64,000 bases of DNA from Octopus sinensis (lineage: Eukaryota). Positions 24,001 to 39,000 of the stretch are shown one piece after another. Position numbers and translations under genes: made by a program. The notes beneath the pieces are model-generated. The model had not been told where the DNA came from. It did no database searches and saw only the letters and a list, made by a program, of their open reading frames with translations. The stretch is taken from positions 124,001 to 188,000 of the forward strand of contig NC_043026.1 of the NCBI RefSeq assembly GCF_006345805.1, read 5' to 3'. Within the stretch, counting starts at the first letter, position 1. Each line of letters begins with the position of its first letter.

Positions 24001-27000
24001 GAGATCTCATGTTGTTAGAGATCAGGTGCTGTTTGGAGATCAGATGTTGTTAGAGATCAGGTGCTGTTTGGAGATCTGATGTTGTTAGAGATCAGGTGCT
24101 GTTTGGAGATCTCATCTGATGTTGTTAGAGATCAGGTGCTGTTTGGAGATCAGATGTTGTTAGAGATCAGGTGCTGTTTGGAGATCTGATGTTGTTAGAG
24201 ATCAGGTGTTGTTTGGAGATCTGATGTTGTTAGAGATCAGGTGTTGTTTGGAGATCAGATGTTGTTAGAGATCAGGTGCTGTTTGGAGATCTGATGTTGT
24301 TAGAGATCAGGTGCTGTTTGGAGATCTGATGTTGTTAGAGATCAGGTGCTGTTTGGAGATCTGATGTTGTTAGAGATCAGGTGCTGTTTGGAGATCTGAT
24401 GTTGTTAGAGATCAGGTGCTGTTTGGAGATCTCATGTTGTTAGAGATCAGGTGCTGTTTGGAGAGCTGATGTTGTTAGAGATCAGGTGCTGTTTGGAGAT
24501 CTGATGTTGTTAGAGATCAGGTGCTGTTTGGAGATCTGATGTTGTTAGAGATCAGGTGCTGTTTGGAGATCTGATGTTGTTAGAGATCAGGTGCTGTTTG
24601 GAGATTTGATGTTGTTAGAGATCAGGTGCTGTTTGGAGAGCTGATGTTGTTAGAGATCAGGTGCTGTTTGGAGCTCTGATGTTGTTAGAGATCAGGTGCT
24701 GTTTGGAGATCTGATGTTGTTAGAGATCAGATGCTGTTTGGAGATCTGATGTTGTTGGAGATCAGATGCTGTTTGGAGATCTGATGTTGTTAGAGATTAG
24801 GTGCTGTTTGGAGATCAGCTGTTGTTAGAGATCAGGTGTTGTTTGGAGATCTGATGTTGTCAGAGATCAGGTGTTGTTTGGAGATCTCATGTTGTTAGAG
24901 ATCAGGTGCTGTTTGGAGATCAGATGTTGTTAGAGATCAGGTGCTGTTTGGGGATCTGATGTTGTAGAGATCAGGTGCTGTTTGGAGATCTCATCTCATG
25001 TTGTTAGAGATCAGGTGCTGTTTCGAGATCAGATGTTGTTAGAGATCAGGTGCTGTTTGGAGATCTGATGTTGTTAGAGATCAGGTGCTGTTTGGAGATC
25101 TGATGTTGTTAGAGATCAGGTGCTGTTTGGAGATCTGATGTTGTTAGAGATCAGGTGCTGTTTGGAGATCTGATGTTGTTAGAGATCAGGTGCAGTTTGG
25201 AGATCTGATGTTGTTAGAGATCAGGTGCTGTTTGGAGAGCTGATGTTGTTAGAGATCAGGTGCTGTTTGGAGATCTGATGTTGTTAGAGATCAGGTGCTG
25301 TTTGGAGATCTGGTGTTGTTAGAGATCAGGTGCTGTTTGGAGATCTGATGTTGTTGGAGATCAGGTGCTGTTTGGAGATCTGATGTTGTTAGAGATCAGG
25401 TGTTGTTTGGAGAGCTGATGTTGTTAGAGATCAGGTGCTGTTTGGAGAGCTATGTTGTTAGAGATCAGGTACTGTTTGGAGATCTGATGTTGTTGGAGAT
25501 CAGGTGCTGTTTGGAGATCTGATGTTGTTGAAGATCAGGTGCTGTTTGGAGATCTGATGTTGTTAGAGATCAGGTGTTGTTTGGAGATCTCATGTTGTTA
25601 GAGATCAGGTGCTGTTTGGAGATCAGATGTTGTTAGAGATCAGGTGCTGTTTGGAGATCTGATGTTGTTAGAGATCAGGTGCTGTTTGGAGATCTGATGT
25701 TGTTAGAGATCAGGTGTTGTTTGGAGATCAGATGTTGTTAGAGATCAGGTGCTGTTTGGAGATCTGATGTTGTTAGAGATCAGGTGCTGTTTGGAGATCT
25801 GATGTTGTTAGAGATCAGGTGCTGTTTGGAGATCTGATGTTGTTAGAGATCAGGTGCTGTTTGGAGATCTGATGTTGTTAGAGATCAGGTGCTGTTTGGA
25901 GATCTGATGTTGTTAGAGATCAGGTGATGTTTGGAGAGCTGATGTTGTTAGAGATCAGGTGCTGTTTGGAGATCTGATGTTGTTAGAGATCAGGTGCTGT
26001 TTGGAGAGCTGATGTTGTTAGAGATCAGGTGCTGTTTGGAGTTCTGATGTTGTTAGAGATCAGGTGCTGTTTGGAGATTTGATGTTGTTACAGATCAGTT
26101 GCTGTTTGGAGATCTGATGTTGTTAGAGATCAGGTGTTGTTTGGAGATCTCATGTTGTTAGAGATCAGGTGCTGTTTGGAGATCAGATGTTGTTAGAGAT
26201 CAGGTGCTGTTTGGAGATCTGATGTTGTTAGAGATCAGGTGCTGTTTGGAGATCTCATCTCATGTTGTTAGAGATCAGGTGCTGTTTGGAGATCAGATGT
26301 TGTTAGAGATCAGGTGCTGTTTGGAGATCTGATGTTGTTAGAGATCAGGTGTTGTTTGGAGATCTGATGTTGTTAGAGATCAGGTGTTGTTTGGAGATCA
26401 GATGTTGTTAGAGATCAGGTGCTGTTTGGAGATCTGATGTTGTTAGAGATCAGGTGCTGTTTGGAGATCTGATGTTGTTAGAGATCAGGTGCTGTTTGGA
26501 GATCTGATGTTGTTAGAGATCAGGTGCTGTTTGGAGATCTGATGTTGTTAGAGATCAGGTGCTGTTTGGAGAGCTGATGTTGTTAGAGATCAGGTGCTGT
26601 TAGGAGATCTGATGTTGTTAGAGATCAGGTGCTGTTTGGAGATCTGATGTTGTTAGAGATCAGGTGCTGTTTGGAGATCTGATGTTGTTAGAGATCAGGT
26701 GCTGTTTGGAGATTTGATGTTGTTAGAGATCAGGTGCTGTTTGGAGAGCTGATGTTGTTAGAGATCAGGTGCTGTTTGGAGATCTGATGTTGTTAGAGAT
26801 CAGGTGCTGTTTGGAGATCTGATGTTGTTAGAGATCAGATGCTGTTTGGAGATCTGATGTTGTTGGAGATCAGGTGCTGTTTGGAGATCTGATGTTGTTA
26901 GAGATCAGGTGTTGTTTGGAGAGCTGATGTTGTTAGAGATCAGGTGCTGTTTGGAGAGCTGATGTTGTTAGAGATCAGGTACTGTTTGGAGATCTGATGT

Positions 27001-30000
27001 TGTTGGAGATCAGGTGCTGTTTGGAGATCTGATGTTGTTGAAGATCAGGTGCTGTTTGGAGATCTGATGTTGTTAGAGATCAGGTGCTGTTTGGAGATCA
27101 GATGTTGTTAGAGATCAGGTGTTGTTTGGAGATCTGATGTTGTTAGAGATCAGGTGCTGTTTGGAGAGCTGATGTTGTTAGAGATCAGGTGCTGTTTGGA
27201 GATCTCATCTCATGTTGTTAGAGATCAGGTGCTGTTTGGAGATCAGATGTTGTTAGAGATCAGGTGCTGTTTGGAGATCTGATGTTGTTAGAGATCAGGT
27301 GCTGTTTGGAGATCTGATGTTGTTAGAGATCAGGTGTTGTTTGGAGATCAGATGTTGTTAGAGATCAGGTGCTGTTTGGAGATCTGATGTTGTTAGAGAT
27401 CAGGTGCTGTTTGGAGATCTGATGTTGTTAGAGATCAGGTGCTGTTTGGAGATCTGATGTTGTTAGAGATCAGGTGCTGTTTGGAGATCTGATGTTGTTA
27501 GAGATCAGGTGCTGTTTGGAGATCTCATGTTGTTAGAGATCAGGTGCTGTTTGGAGAGCTGATGTTGTTAGAGATCAGGTGCTGTTTGGAGATCTGATGT
27601 TGTTAGAGATCAGGTGCTGTTTGGAGATCTGATGTTGTTAGAGATCAGGTGCTGTTTGGAGAGCTGATGTTGTTAGAGATCAGGTGCTGTTTGGAGATCT
27701 GATGTTGTTAGAGATCAGGTGCTGTTTGGAGATCTGATGTTGTAAGAGATCAGGTGCTGTTTGGAGATCTGATGTTGTTGGAGATCAGGTGCTGTTTGGA
27801 GATCTGATGTTGTTAGAGATCAGGTGTTGTTTGGAGAGCTGATGTTGTTAGAGATCAGGTACTGTTTGGAGATCTGATGTTGTTGGAGATCAGGTGCTGT
27901 TTGGAGATCTGATGTTGTTGAAGATCAGGTGCTGTTTGGAGATCTGATGTTGTTAGAGATTAGGTGCTGTTTGGAGATCAGCTGTTGTTAGAGATCAGGT
28001 GTTGTTTGGAGATCTGATGTTGTTAGAGATCAGGTGTTGTTTGGAGATCTCATGTTGTTAGAGATCAGGTGCTGTTTGGAGATCAGATGTTGTTAGAGAT
28101 CAGGTGCAGTTTGGAGATCTGATGTTGTTAGAGATCAGGTGCTGTTTGGAGAGCTGATGTTGTTAGAGATCAGGTGCTGTTTGGAGATCTGATGTTGTTA
28201 GAGATCAGGTGCTGTTTGGAGATCTGGTGTTGTTAGAGATCAGGTGCTGTTTGGAGATCTGATGTTGTTGGAGATCAGGTGCTGTTTGGAGATCTGATGT
28301 TGTTAGAGATCAGGTGCTGTTTGGAGAGCTGATGTTGTTAGAGATCAGGTGCTGTTTGGAGAGCTAATGTTGTTAGAGATCAGGTACTGTTTGGAGATCT
28401 GATGTTGTTGGAGATCAGGTGCTGTTTGGAGATCTGATGTTGTTGAAGATCAGGTGCTGTTTGGAGATCTGATGTTGTTAGAGATCAGGTGTTGTTTGGA
28501 GATCTCATGTTGTTAGAGATCAGGTGCTGTTTGGAGATCAGATGTTGTTAGAGATCAGGTGCTGTTTGGAGATCTGATGTTGTTAGAGATCAGGTGTTGT
28601 TTGGAGATCTGATGTTGTTAGAGATCAGGTGCTGTTTGGAGATCTGATGTTGTTAGAGATCAGGTGCTGTTTGGAGATCTGATGTTGTTAGAGATCAGGT
28701 GCTGTTTGGAGATCTGATGTTGTTAGAGATCAGGTGCTGTTTGGAGATCTGATGTTGTTAGAGATCAGGTGCTGTTTGGAGATCTGATGTTGTTAGAGAT
28801 CAGGTGATGTTTGGAGAGCTGATGTTGTTACAGATCAGGTGCTGTTTGGAGATCTGATGTTGTTAGAGATCAGGTGCTGTTTGGAGAGCTGATGTTGTTA
28901 GAGATCAGGTGCTGTTTGGAGTTCTGATGTTGTTAGAGATCAGGTGCTGTTTGGAGATTTGATGTTGTTACAGATCAGTTGCTGTTTGGAGATCTGATGT
29001 TGTTAGAGATCAGGTGTTGTTTGGAGATCTCATGTTGTTAGAGATCAGGTGCTGTTTGGAGATCAGATGTTGTTAGAGATCAGGTGCTGTTTGGAGATCT
29101 GATGTTGTTAGAGATCAGGTGCTGTTTGGAGATCTCATCTCATGTTGTTAGAGATCAGGTGCTGTTTGGAGATCAGATGTTGTTAGAGATCAGGTGCTGT
29201 TTGGAGATCTGATGTTGTTAGAGATCAGGTGTTGTTTGGAGATCTGATGTTGTTAGAGATCAGGTGTTGTTTGGAGATCAGATGTTGTTAGAGATCAGGT
29301 GCTGTTTGGAGATCTGATGTTGTTAGAGATCAGGTGCTGTTTGGAGATCTGATGTTGTTAGAGATCAGGTGCTGTTTGGAGATCTGATGTTGTTAGAGAT
29401 CAGGTGCTGTTTGGAGATCTGATGTTGTTAGAGATCAGGTGCTGTTTGGAGATCTCATGTTGTTAGAGATCAGGTGCTGTTTGGAGAGCTGATGTTGTTA
29501 GAGATCAGGTGCTGTTAGGAGATCTGATGTTGTTAGAGATCAGGTGCTGTTTGGAGAGCTGATGTTGTTAGAGATCAGGTGCTGTTTGGAGATCTGATGT
29601 TGTTAGAGATCAGGTGCTGTTTGGAGATTTGATGTTGTTAGAGATCAGGTGCTGTTTGGAGAGCTGATGTTGTTAGAGATCAGGTGCTGTTTGGAGCTCT
29701 GATGTTGTTAGAGATCAGGTGCTGTTTGGAGATCTGATGTTGTTAGAGATCAGATGCTGTTTGGAGATCTGATGTTGTTGGAGATCAGGTGCTGTTTGGA
29801 GATCTGATGTTGTTAGAGATCAGGTGTTGTTTGGAGAGCTGATGTTGTTAGAGATCAGGTGCTGTTTGGAGAGCTGATGTTGTTAGAGATCAGGTACTGT
29901 TTGGAGATCTGATGTTGTTGGAGATCAGGTGCTGTTTGGAGATCTGATGTTGTTGAAGATCAGGTGCTGTTTGGAGATCTGATGTTGTTAGAGATCAGGT

Positions 30001-33000
30001 GCTGTTTGGAGATCAGATGTTGTTAGAGATCAGGTGTTGTTTGGAGATCTGATGTTGTTAGAGATCAGGTGCTGTTTGGAGAGCTGATGTTGTTAGAGAT
30101 CAGGTGCTGTTTGGAGATCTCATCTCATGTTGTTAGAGATCAGGTGCTGTTTGGAGATCAGATGTTGTTAGAGATCAGGTGCTGTTTGGAGATCTGATGT
30201 TGTTAGAGATCAGGTGCTGTTTGGAGATCTGATGTTGTTAGAGATCAGGTGTTGTTTGGAGATCAGATGTTGTTAGAGATCAGGTGCTGTTTGGAGATCT
30301 GATGTTGTTAGAGATCAGGTGCTGTTTGGAGATCTGATGTTGTTAGAGATCAGGTGCTGTTTGGAGATCTGATGTTGTTAGAGATCAGGTGCTGTTTGGA
30401 GAGCTGATGTTGTTAGAGATCAGGTGCTGTTTGGAGATCTCATGTTGTTAGAGATCAGGTGCTGTTTGGAGAGCTGATGTTGTTAGAGATCAGGTGCTGT
30501 TTGGAGATCTGATGTTGTTAGAGATCAGGTGCTGTTTGGAGTTCTGATGTTGTTAGAGATCAGGTGCTGTTTGGAGATTTGATGTTGTTACAGATCAGTT
30601 GCTGTTTGGAGATCTGATGTTGTTAGAGATCAGGTGTTGTTTGGAGATCTCATGTTGTTAGAGATCAGGTGCTGTTTGGAGATCTGATGTTGTTAGAGAT
30701 CAGGTGCTGTTTGGAGATCTGATGTTGTTAGAGATCAGGTGATGTTTGGAGAGCTGATGTTGTTACAGATCAGGTGCTGTTTGGAGATCTGATGTTGTTA
30801 GAGATCAGGTGCTGTTTGGAGAGCTGATGTTGTTAGAGATCAGGTGCTGTTTGGAGTTCTGATGTTGTTAGAGATCAGGTGCTGTTTGGAGATTTGATGT
30901 TGTTACAGATCAGTTGCTGTTTGGAGATCTGATGTTGTTAGAGATCAGGTGTTGTTTGGAGATCTCATGTTGTTAGAGATCAGGTGCTGTTTGGAGATCA
31001 GATGTTGTTAGAGATCAGGTGCTGTTTGGAGATCTGATGTTGTTAGAGATCAGGTGCTGTTTGGAGATCTCATCTCATGTTGTTAGAGATCAGGTGCTGT
31101 TTGGAGATCAGATGTTGTTAGAGATCAGGTGCTGTTTGGAGATCTGATGTTGTTAGAGATCAGGTGTTGTTTGGAGATCTGATGTTGTTAGAGATCAGGT
31201 GTTGTTTGGAGATCAGATGTTGTTAGAGATCAGGTGCTGTTTGGAGATCTGATGTTGTTAGAGATCAGGTGCTGTTTGGAGATCTGATGTTGTTAGAGAT
31301 CAGGTGCTGTTTGGAGATCTGATGTTGTTAGAGATCAGGTGCTGTTTGGAGATCTGATGTTGTTAGAGATCAGGTGCTGTTTGGAGATCTCATGTTGTTA
31401 GAGATCAGGTGCTGTTTGGAGAGCTGATGTTGTTAGAGATCAGGTGCTGTTGGAGATCTGATGTTGTTAGAGATCAGGTGCTGTTTGGAGAGCTGATGTT
31501 GTTAGAGATCAGGTGCTGTTTGGAGATCTGATGTTGTTAGAGATCAGGTGCTGTTTGGAGATTTGATGTTGTTAGAGATCAGGTGCTGTTTGGAGAGCTG
31601 ATGTTGTTAGAGATCAGGTGCTGTTTGGAGCTCTGATGTTGTTAGAGATCAGGTGCTGTTTGGAGATCTGATGTTGTTAGAGATCAGATGCTGTTTGGAG
31701 ATCTGATGTTGTTGGAGATCAGGTGCTGTTTGGAGATCTGATGTTGTTAGAGATCAGGTGTTGTTTGGAGAGCTGATGTTTTTAGAGATCAGGTGCTGTT
31801 TGGAGAGCTGATGTTGTTGGAGATCAGGTACTGTTTGGAGATCTGATGTTGTTGAGATCAGGTGCTGTTTGGAGATCTGATGTTGTTGAAGATCAGGTGC
31901 TGTTTGGAGATCTGATGTTGTTAGAGATCAGGTGCTGTTTGGAGATCAGATGTTGTTAGAGATCAGGTGTTGTTTGGAGATCTGATGTTGTTAGAGATCA
32001 GGTGCTGTTTGGAGAGCTGATGTTGTTAGAGATCAGGTGCTGTTTGGAGATCTCATCTCATGTTGTTAGAGATCAGGTGCTGTTTGGAGATCAGATGTTG
32101 TTAGAGATCAGGTGCTGTTTGGAGATCTGATGTTGTTAGAGATCAGGTGCTGTTTGGAGATCTGATGTTGTTAGAGATCAGGTGTTGTTTGGAGATCAGA
32201 TGTTGTTAGAGATCAGGTGCTGTTGGGAGATCTGATGTTGTTAGAGATCAGGTGCTGTTTGGAGATCTGATGTTGTTAGAGATCAGGTGTGTTTGGAGAT
32301 CTGATGTTGTTAGAGATCAGGTGCTGTTTGGAGATCTGATGTTGTTAGAGATCAGGTGCTGTTTGGAGATCTCATGTTGAGAGATCAGGTGCTGTTTGGA
32401 GAGCTGATGTTGTTAGAGATCAGGTGCTGTTTGGAGATCTGATGTTGTTAGAGATCAGGTGCTGTTTGGAGATCTGATGTTGTTAGAGATCAGGTGCTGT
32501 TTGGAGAGCTGATGTTGTTAGAGATCAGGTGCTGTTTGGAGATCTGATGTTGTTAGAGATCAGGTGCTGTTTGGAGATCTGATGTTGTAAGAGATCAGGT
32601 GCTGTTTGGAGATCTGATGTTGTTGGAGATCAGGTGCTGTTTGGAGATCTGATGTTGTTAGAGATCAGGTGTTGTTTGGAGAGCTGATGTTGTTAGAGAT
32701 CAGGTACTGTTTGGAGATCTGATGTTGTTGGAGATCAGGTGCTGTTTGGAGATCTGATGTTGTTGAAGATCAGGTGCTGTTTGGAGATCTGATGTTGTTA
32801 GAGATTAGGTGCTGTTTGGAGATCAGCTGTTGTTAGAGATCAGGTGTGTTTTGGAGATCTGATGTTGTTAGAGATCAGGTGTGTTTGGAGATCTCATGTT
32901 GTTAGAGATCAGGTGCTGTTTGGAGATCAGATGTTGTTAGAGATCAGGTGCAGTTTGGAGATCTGATGTTGTTAGAGATCAGGTGCTGTTTGGAGAGCTG

Positions 33001-36000
33001 ATGTTGTTAGAGATCAGGTGCTGTTTGGAGATCTGATGTTGTTAGAGATCAGGTGCTGTTTGGAGATCTGGTGTTGTTAGAGATCAGGTGCTGTTTGGAG
33101 ATCTGATGTTGTTGGAGATCAGGTGCTGTTTGGAGATCTGATGTTGTTAGAGATCAGGTGTTGTTTGGAGAGCTGATGTTGTTAGAGATCAGGTGCTGTT
33201 TGGAGAGCTAATGTTGTTAGAGATCAGGTACTGTTTGGAGATCTGATGTTGTTGGAGATCAGGTGCTGTTTGGAGATCTGATGTTGTTGAAGATCAGGTG
33301 CTGTTTGGAGATCTGATGTTGTTAGAGATCAGGTGTTGTTTGGAGATCTCATGTTGTTAGAGATCAGGTGCTGTTTGGAGATCAGATGTTGTTAGAGATC
33401 AGGTGCTGTTTGGAGATCTGATGTTGTTAGAGATCAGGTGCTGTTTGAGATCTGATGTTGTTAGAGATCAGGTGTTGTTTGGAGATCAGATGTTGTTAGA
33501 GATCAGGTGCTGTTTGGAGATCTGATGTTGTTAGAGATCAGGTGCTGTTTGGAGATCTGATGTTGTTAGAGATCAGGTGCTGTTTGGAGATCTGATGTTG
33601 TTAGAGATCAGGTGCTGTTTGGAGATCTGATGTTGTTAGAGATCAGGTGCTGTTTGGAGATCTGATGTTGTTAGAGATCAGGTGTTGTTTGGAGAGCTGA
33701 TGTTGTTACAGATCAGGTGCTGTTTGGAGATCTGATGTTGTTAGAGATCAGGTGCTGTTTGGAGAGCTGATGTTTTAGAGATCAGGTGCTGTTTGGAGTT
33801 CTGATGTTGTTAGAGATCAGGTGCTGTTTGGAGATTTGATTTGTTGTTACAGATCAGTTGCTGTTTGGAGATCTGATGTTGTTAGAGATCAGGTGTTGTT
33901 TGGAGATCTCATGTTGTTAGAGATCAGGTGCTGTTTGGAGATCAGATGTTGTTAGAGATCAGGTGCTGTTTGGAGATCTGATGTTGTTAGAGATCAGGTG
34001 CTGTTTGGAGATCTCATCTCATGTTGTTAGAGATCAGGTGCTGTTTGGAGATCAGATGTTGTTAGAGATCAGGTGCTGTTTGGAGATCTGATGTTGTTAG
34101 AGATCAGGTGTTGTTTGGAGATCTGATGTTGTTAGAGATCAGGTGTTGTTTGGAGATCAGATGTTGTTAGAGATCAGGTGCTGTTTGGAGATCTGATGTT
34201 GTTAGAGATCAGGTGCTGTTTGGAGATCTGATGTTGTTAGAGATCAGGTGCTGTTTGGAGATCTGATGTTGTTAGAGATCAGGTGTGTTTGGAGATCTGA
34301 TGTTGTTAGAGATCAGGTGCTGTTTGGAGATCTCATGTTGTTAGAGATCAGGTGCTGTTTGGAGAGCTGATGTTGTTAGAGATCAGGTGCTGTTTAGGAG
34401 ATCTGATGTTGTTAGAGATCAGGTGCTGTTTGGAGAGCTGATGTTAGAGATCAGGTGCTGTTTGGAGATCTGATGTTGTTAGAGATCAGGTGCTGTTTGG
34501 AGATTTGATGTTGTTAGAGATCAGGTGCTGTTTGGAGAGCTGATGTTGTTAGAGATCAGGTGCTGTTTGGAGCTCTGATGTTGTTAGAGATCAGGTGCTG
34601 TTTGGAGATCTGATGTTGTTAGAGATCAGATGCTGTTTGGAGATCTGATGTTGTTGGAGATCAGGTGCTGTTTGGAGATCTGATGTTGTTAGAGATCAGG
34701 TGTTGTTTGGAGAGCTGATGTTGTTAGAGATCAGTGCTGTTTGGAGAGCTGATGTTGTTAGAGATCAGGTACTGTTTGGAGATCTGATTTTGTTGGAGAT
34801 CAGGTGCTGTTTGGAGATCTGATGTTGTTGAAGATCAGGTGCTGTTTGGAGATCTGATGTTGTTAGAGATCAGGTGCTGTTTGGAGATCAGATGTTGTTA
34901 GAGATCAGGTGTTGTTTGGAGATCTGATGTTGTTAGAGATCAGGTGCTGTTTGGAGAGCTGATGTTGTTAGAGATCAGGTGCTGTTTGGAGATCTCATCT
35001 CATGTTGTTAGAGATCAGGTGCTGTTTGGAGATCAGATGTTGTTAGAGATCAGGTGCTGTTTGGAGATCTGATGTTGTTAGAGATCAGGTGCTGTTTGGA
35101 GATCTGATGTTGTTAGAGATCAGGTGTTGTTTGGAGATCAGATGTTGTTAGAGATCAGGTGCTGTTTGGAGATCTGATGTTGTTAGAGATCAGGTGCTGT
35201 TTGGAGATCTGATGTTGTTAGAGATCAGGTGCTGTTTGGAGATCTGATGTTGTTAGAGATCAGGTGCTGTTTGGAGATCTGATGTTGTTAGAGATCAGGT
35301 GCTGTTTGGAGATCTCATGTTGTTAGAGATCAGGTGCTGTTTGGAGAGCTGATGTTGTTAGAGATCAGGTGCTGTTTGGAGATCTGATGTTGTTAGAGAT
35401 CAGGTGCTGTTTGGAGTTCTGATGTTGTTAGAGATCAGGTGCTGTTTGGAGATTGATGTTGTTACAGATCAGTTGCTGTTTGGAGATCTGATGTTGTTAG
35501 AGATCAGGTGTTTTTGGAGATCTGTTGTTAGAGATCAGGTGCTGTTTGGAGATCAGATGTTGTTAGAGATCAGGTGCTGTTTGGAGATCTGATGTTGTTA
35601 GAGATCAGGTGCTGTTTGGAGATCTGATCTCATGTTGTTAGAGATCAGGTGCTGTTTGGAGATCAGATGTTGTTAGAGATCAGGTGCTGCTTGGAGATCT
35701 GATGTTGTTAGAGATCAGGTGTTTGTTTGGAGATCTGATGTTGTTAGAGATCAGGTGTTGTTTGGAGATCAGATGTTGTTAGAGATCAGGTGCTGTTTGG
35801 AGATCTGATGTTGTTAGAGATCAGGTGCTGTTTGGAGATCTGATGTTGTTAGAGATCAGGTGCTGTTTGGAGATCTGATGTTGTTAGAGATCAGGTGCTG
35901 TTTGGAGATCTGATGTTGTTAGAGATCAGGTGCTGTTTGGAGATCTCATGTTGTTAGAGATCAGGTGCTGTTTGGAGAGCTGATGTTGTTAGAGATCAGG

Positions 36001-39000
36001 TGCTGTTTGGAGATCTGATGTTGTTAGAGATCAGGTGCTGTTTGGAGAGCTGATGTTGTTAGAGATCAGGTGCTGTTTGGAGATCTGATGTTGTTAGAGA
36101 TCAGGTGCTGTTTGGAGATTTGATGTTGTTAGAGATCAGGTGCTGTTTGGAGAGCTGATGTTGTTAGAGATCAGGTGCTGTTTGGAGATCTGATGTTGTT
36201 AGAGATCAGGTGCTGTTTGGAGATCTGATGTTGTTAGAGATCAGATGCTGTTTGGAGATCTGATGTTGTTTGGAGATCAGGTGCTGTTTGGAGATCTGAT
36301 GTTGTTAGAGATTAGGTGCTGTTTGGAGATCAGCTGTTGTTAGAGATCAGGTGTTGTTTGGAGATCTGATGTTAGAGATCAGGTTTGTTTGGAGATCTCA
36401 TGTTGTTAGAGATCAGGTGCTGTTTGGAGATCAGATGTTGTAGAGGTCAGGTTGCTGAGAGGTGCTGTTTGGGATCTGATGTTGGTTAGAGATCAGGTGC
36501 TGTTTGGAGTCTCATCTCTGTTGTTAGAGATCAGGTGCTGTTTGGAGATCTGATGTTGTTAGAGATCAGGTGCTGTTTGGAGATCTGATGTTGTTAGAGA
36601 TCAGGTGCTGTTTGGAGATCTGATGTTGTTAGAGATCAGGTGCTGTTTGGAGAGCTGATGTTGTTAGAGATCAGGTGCTGTTTGGAGATCTGATGTTGTT
36701 AGAGATCAGGTGCTGTTTGGAGATCTGATGTTGTTAGAGATCAGGTGCTGTTTGGAGATCTGATGTTGTTAGAGATCAGGTGCTGTTTGGAGATCTGATG
36801 TTGTTAGAGATCAGGTGCTGTTTGGAGATCTGATGTTGTTAGAGATCAGGTGCTGTTTGGAGATCTGATGTTGTTGGAGATCAGGTGCTTGTTTGGAGAT
36901 CTGATGTTGTTAGAGATCAGGTGTTGTTTGGAGAGCTGATGTTGTTAGAGATCAGGTGCTGTTTGGAGAGCTATGTTGTTAGAGATCAGGTGCTGTTTGA
37001 GATCTGATGTTGTTAGAGATCAGGTGCTGTTTGGAGATCTGATGTTGTTGAAGATCAGGTGCTGTTTGGAGATCTGATGTTGTTAGAGATCAGGTGTTGT
37101 TTGGAGATCTCATGTTGTTAGAGATCAGGTGCTGTTTGGAGATCAGATGTTGTTAGAGATCAGGTGCTGTTTGGAGATCTGATGTTGTTAGAGATCAGGT
37201 GCTGTTTGGAGATCTGATGTTGTTAGAGATCAGGTGCTTGTTTGGAGATCAGATGTTGTTAGAGATCAGGTGCTGTTTGGAGATCTGATGTTGTTAGAGA
37301 TCAGGTGCTGTTTGGAGATCTGATGTTGTTAGAGATCAGGTGCTGTTTGGAGATCTGATGTTGTTAGAGATCAGGTGCTGTTTGGAGATCTGAGTTGTTG
37401 TTAGAGATCAGGTGCTGTTTGGAGATCTGATGTTGTTAGAGATCAGGTGATGTTTGGAGAGCTGATGTTGTTAGAGATCAGGTGCTGTTTGGAGATCTGA
37501 TGTTGTTAGAGATCAGGTGCTGTTTGGAGAGCTGATGTTGTTAGAGATCAGGTGCTGTTTGGAGTTCTGATGTTGTTAGAGATCAGGTGCTGTTTGGAGA
37601 TCTTGATGTTGTTAGAGATCAGTTGCTGTTTGGAGATCTGATGTTGTTAGAGATCAGGTGTTGTTTGGAGATCTCATGTTGTTAGAGATCAGGTGCTGTT
37701 TGGAGATCAGATGTTGTTAGAGATCAGGTGCTGTTTGGAGATCTGATGTTGTTAGAGATCAGGTGCTGTTTGGAGATCTCATCTCATGTTGTTAGAGATC
37801 AGGTGCTGTTTGGAGATCAGATGTTGTTAGAGATCAGGTGTGCTGTTTGGAGATCTGATGTTGTTAGAGATCAGGTGTTGTTTGGAGATCTGATGTTGTT
37901 AGAGATCAGGTGTTGTTTGGAGATCAGATGTTGTTAGAGATCAGGTGCTGTTTGGAGATCTGATGTTGTTAGAGATCAGGTGCTGTTTGGAGATCTGATG
38001 TTGTTAGAGATCAGGTGCTGTTTGGAGATCTGATGTTGTTAGAGATCAGGTGCTGTTTGGAGATCTGATGTTGTTAGAGATCAGGTGCTGTTTGGAGATC
38101 TCATGTTGTTAGAGATCAGGTGCTGTTTGGAGAGCTGATGTTGTTAGAGATCAGGTGCTGTTTGGAGATCTGATGTTGTTAGAGATCAGGTGCTGTTTGG
38201 AGAGCTGATGTTGTTAGAGATCAGGTGCTGTTTGGAGATCTGATGTTGTTAGAGATCAGGTGCTGTTTGGAGATCTGATGTTGTTAGAGATCAGGTGCTG
38301 TTTGGAGATCTGATGTTGTTAGAGATCAGGTGCTGTTTGGAGATCTGATGTTGTTAGAGATCAGGTGCTGTTTGGAGATCTGATGTTGTTAGAGATCAGG
38401 TGCTGTTTGGAGATCTGATGTTGTTGGAGATCAGGTGCTGTTTGGAGATCTGATGTTGTTAGAGATCAGGTGCTGTTTGGAGAGCTGATGTTGTTAGAGA
38501 TCAGGTGCTGTTTGGAGATCTGATGTTGTTAGAGATCAGGTGCTGTTTGGAGATCTGATGTTGTTAGAGATCAGGTGCTGTTTGGAGATCTGATGTTGTT
38601 GAAGATCAGGTGCTGTTTGGAGATCTGATGTTGTTAGAGATCAGGTGCTGTTTGGAGATCAGATGTTGTTAGAGATCAGGTGCTGTTTGGAGATCTGATG
38701 TTGTTAAGATCAGGTGCTGTTTGGAGATCTGATGTTGTTAGAGATCAGGTGCTGTTTGGAGATCTGATGTTGTTAGAGATCAGGTGCTGTTTGGAGATCT
38801 GATGTTGTTAGAGATCAGGTGCTGTTTGGAGATCTGATGTTGTTAGAGATCAGGTGCTGTTTGGAGATCTGATGTTGTTAGAGATCAGGTGCTGTTTGGA
38901 GATCTGATGTTGTTAGAGATCAGGTGCTGTTTGGAGATCTCATGTTGTTAGAGATCAGGTGCTGTTTGGAGATCTGATGTTGTTAGAGATCAGGTGCTGT

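Noticed and set aside
9727-37937. ORF-track ORFs within the satellite (9727-9993, 35404-35592, 37728-37937)
   Set aside because: These are chance stop-free frames made by indels in a 35-bp (non-triplet) repeat.
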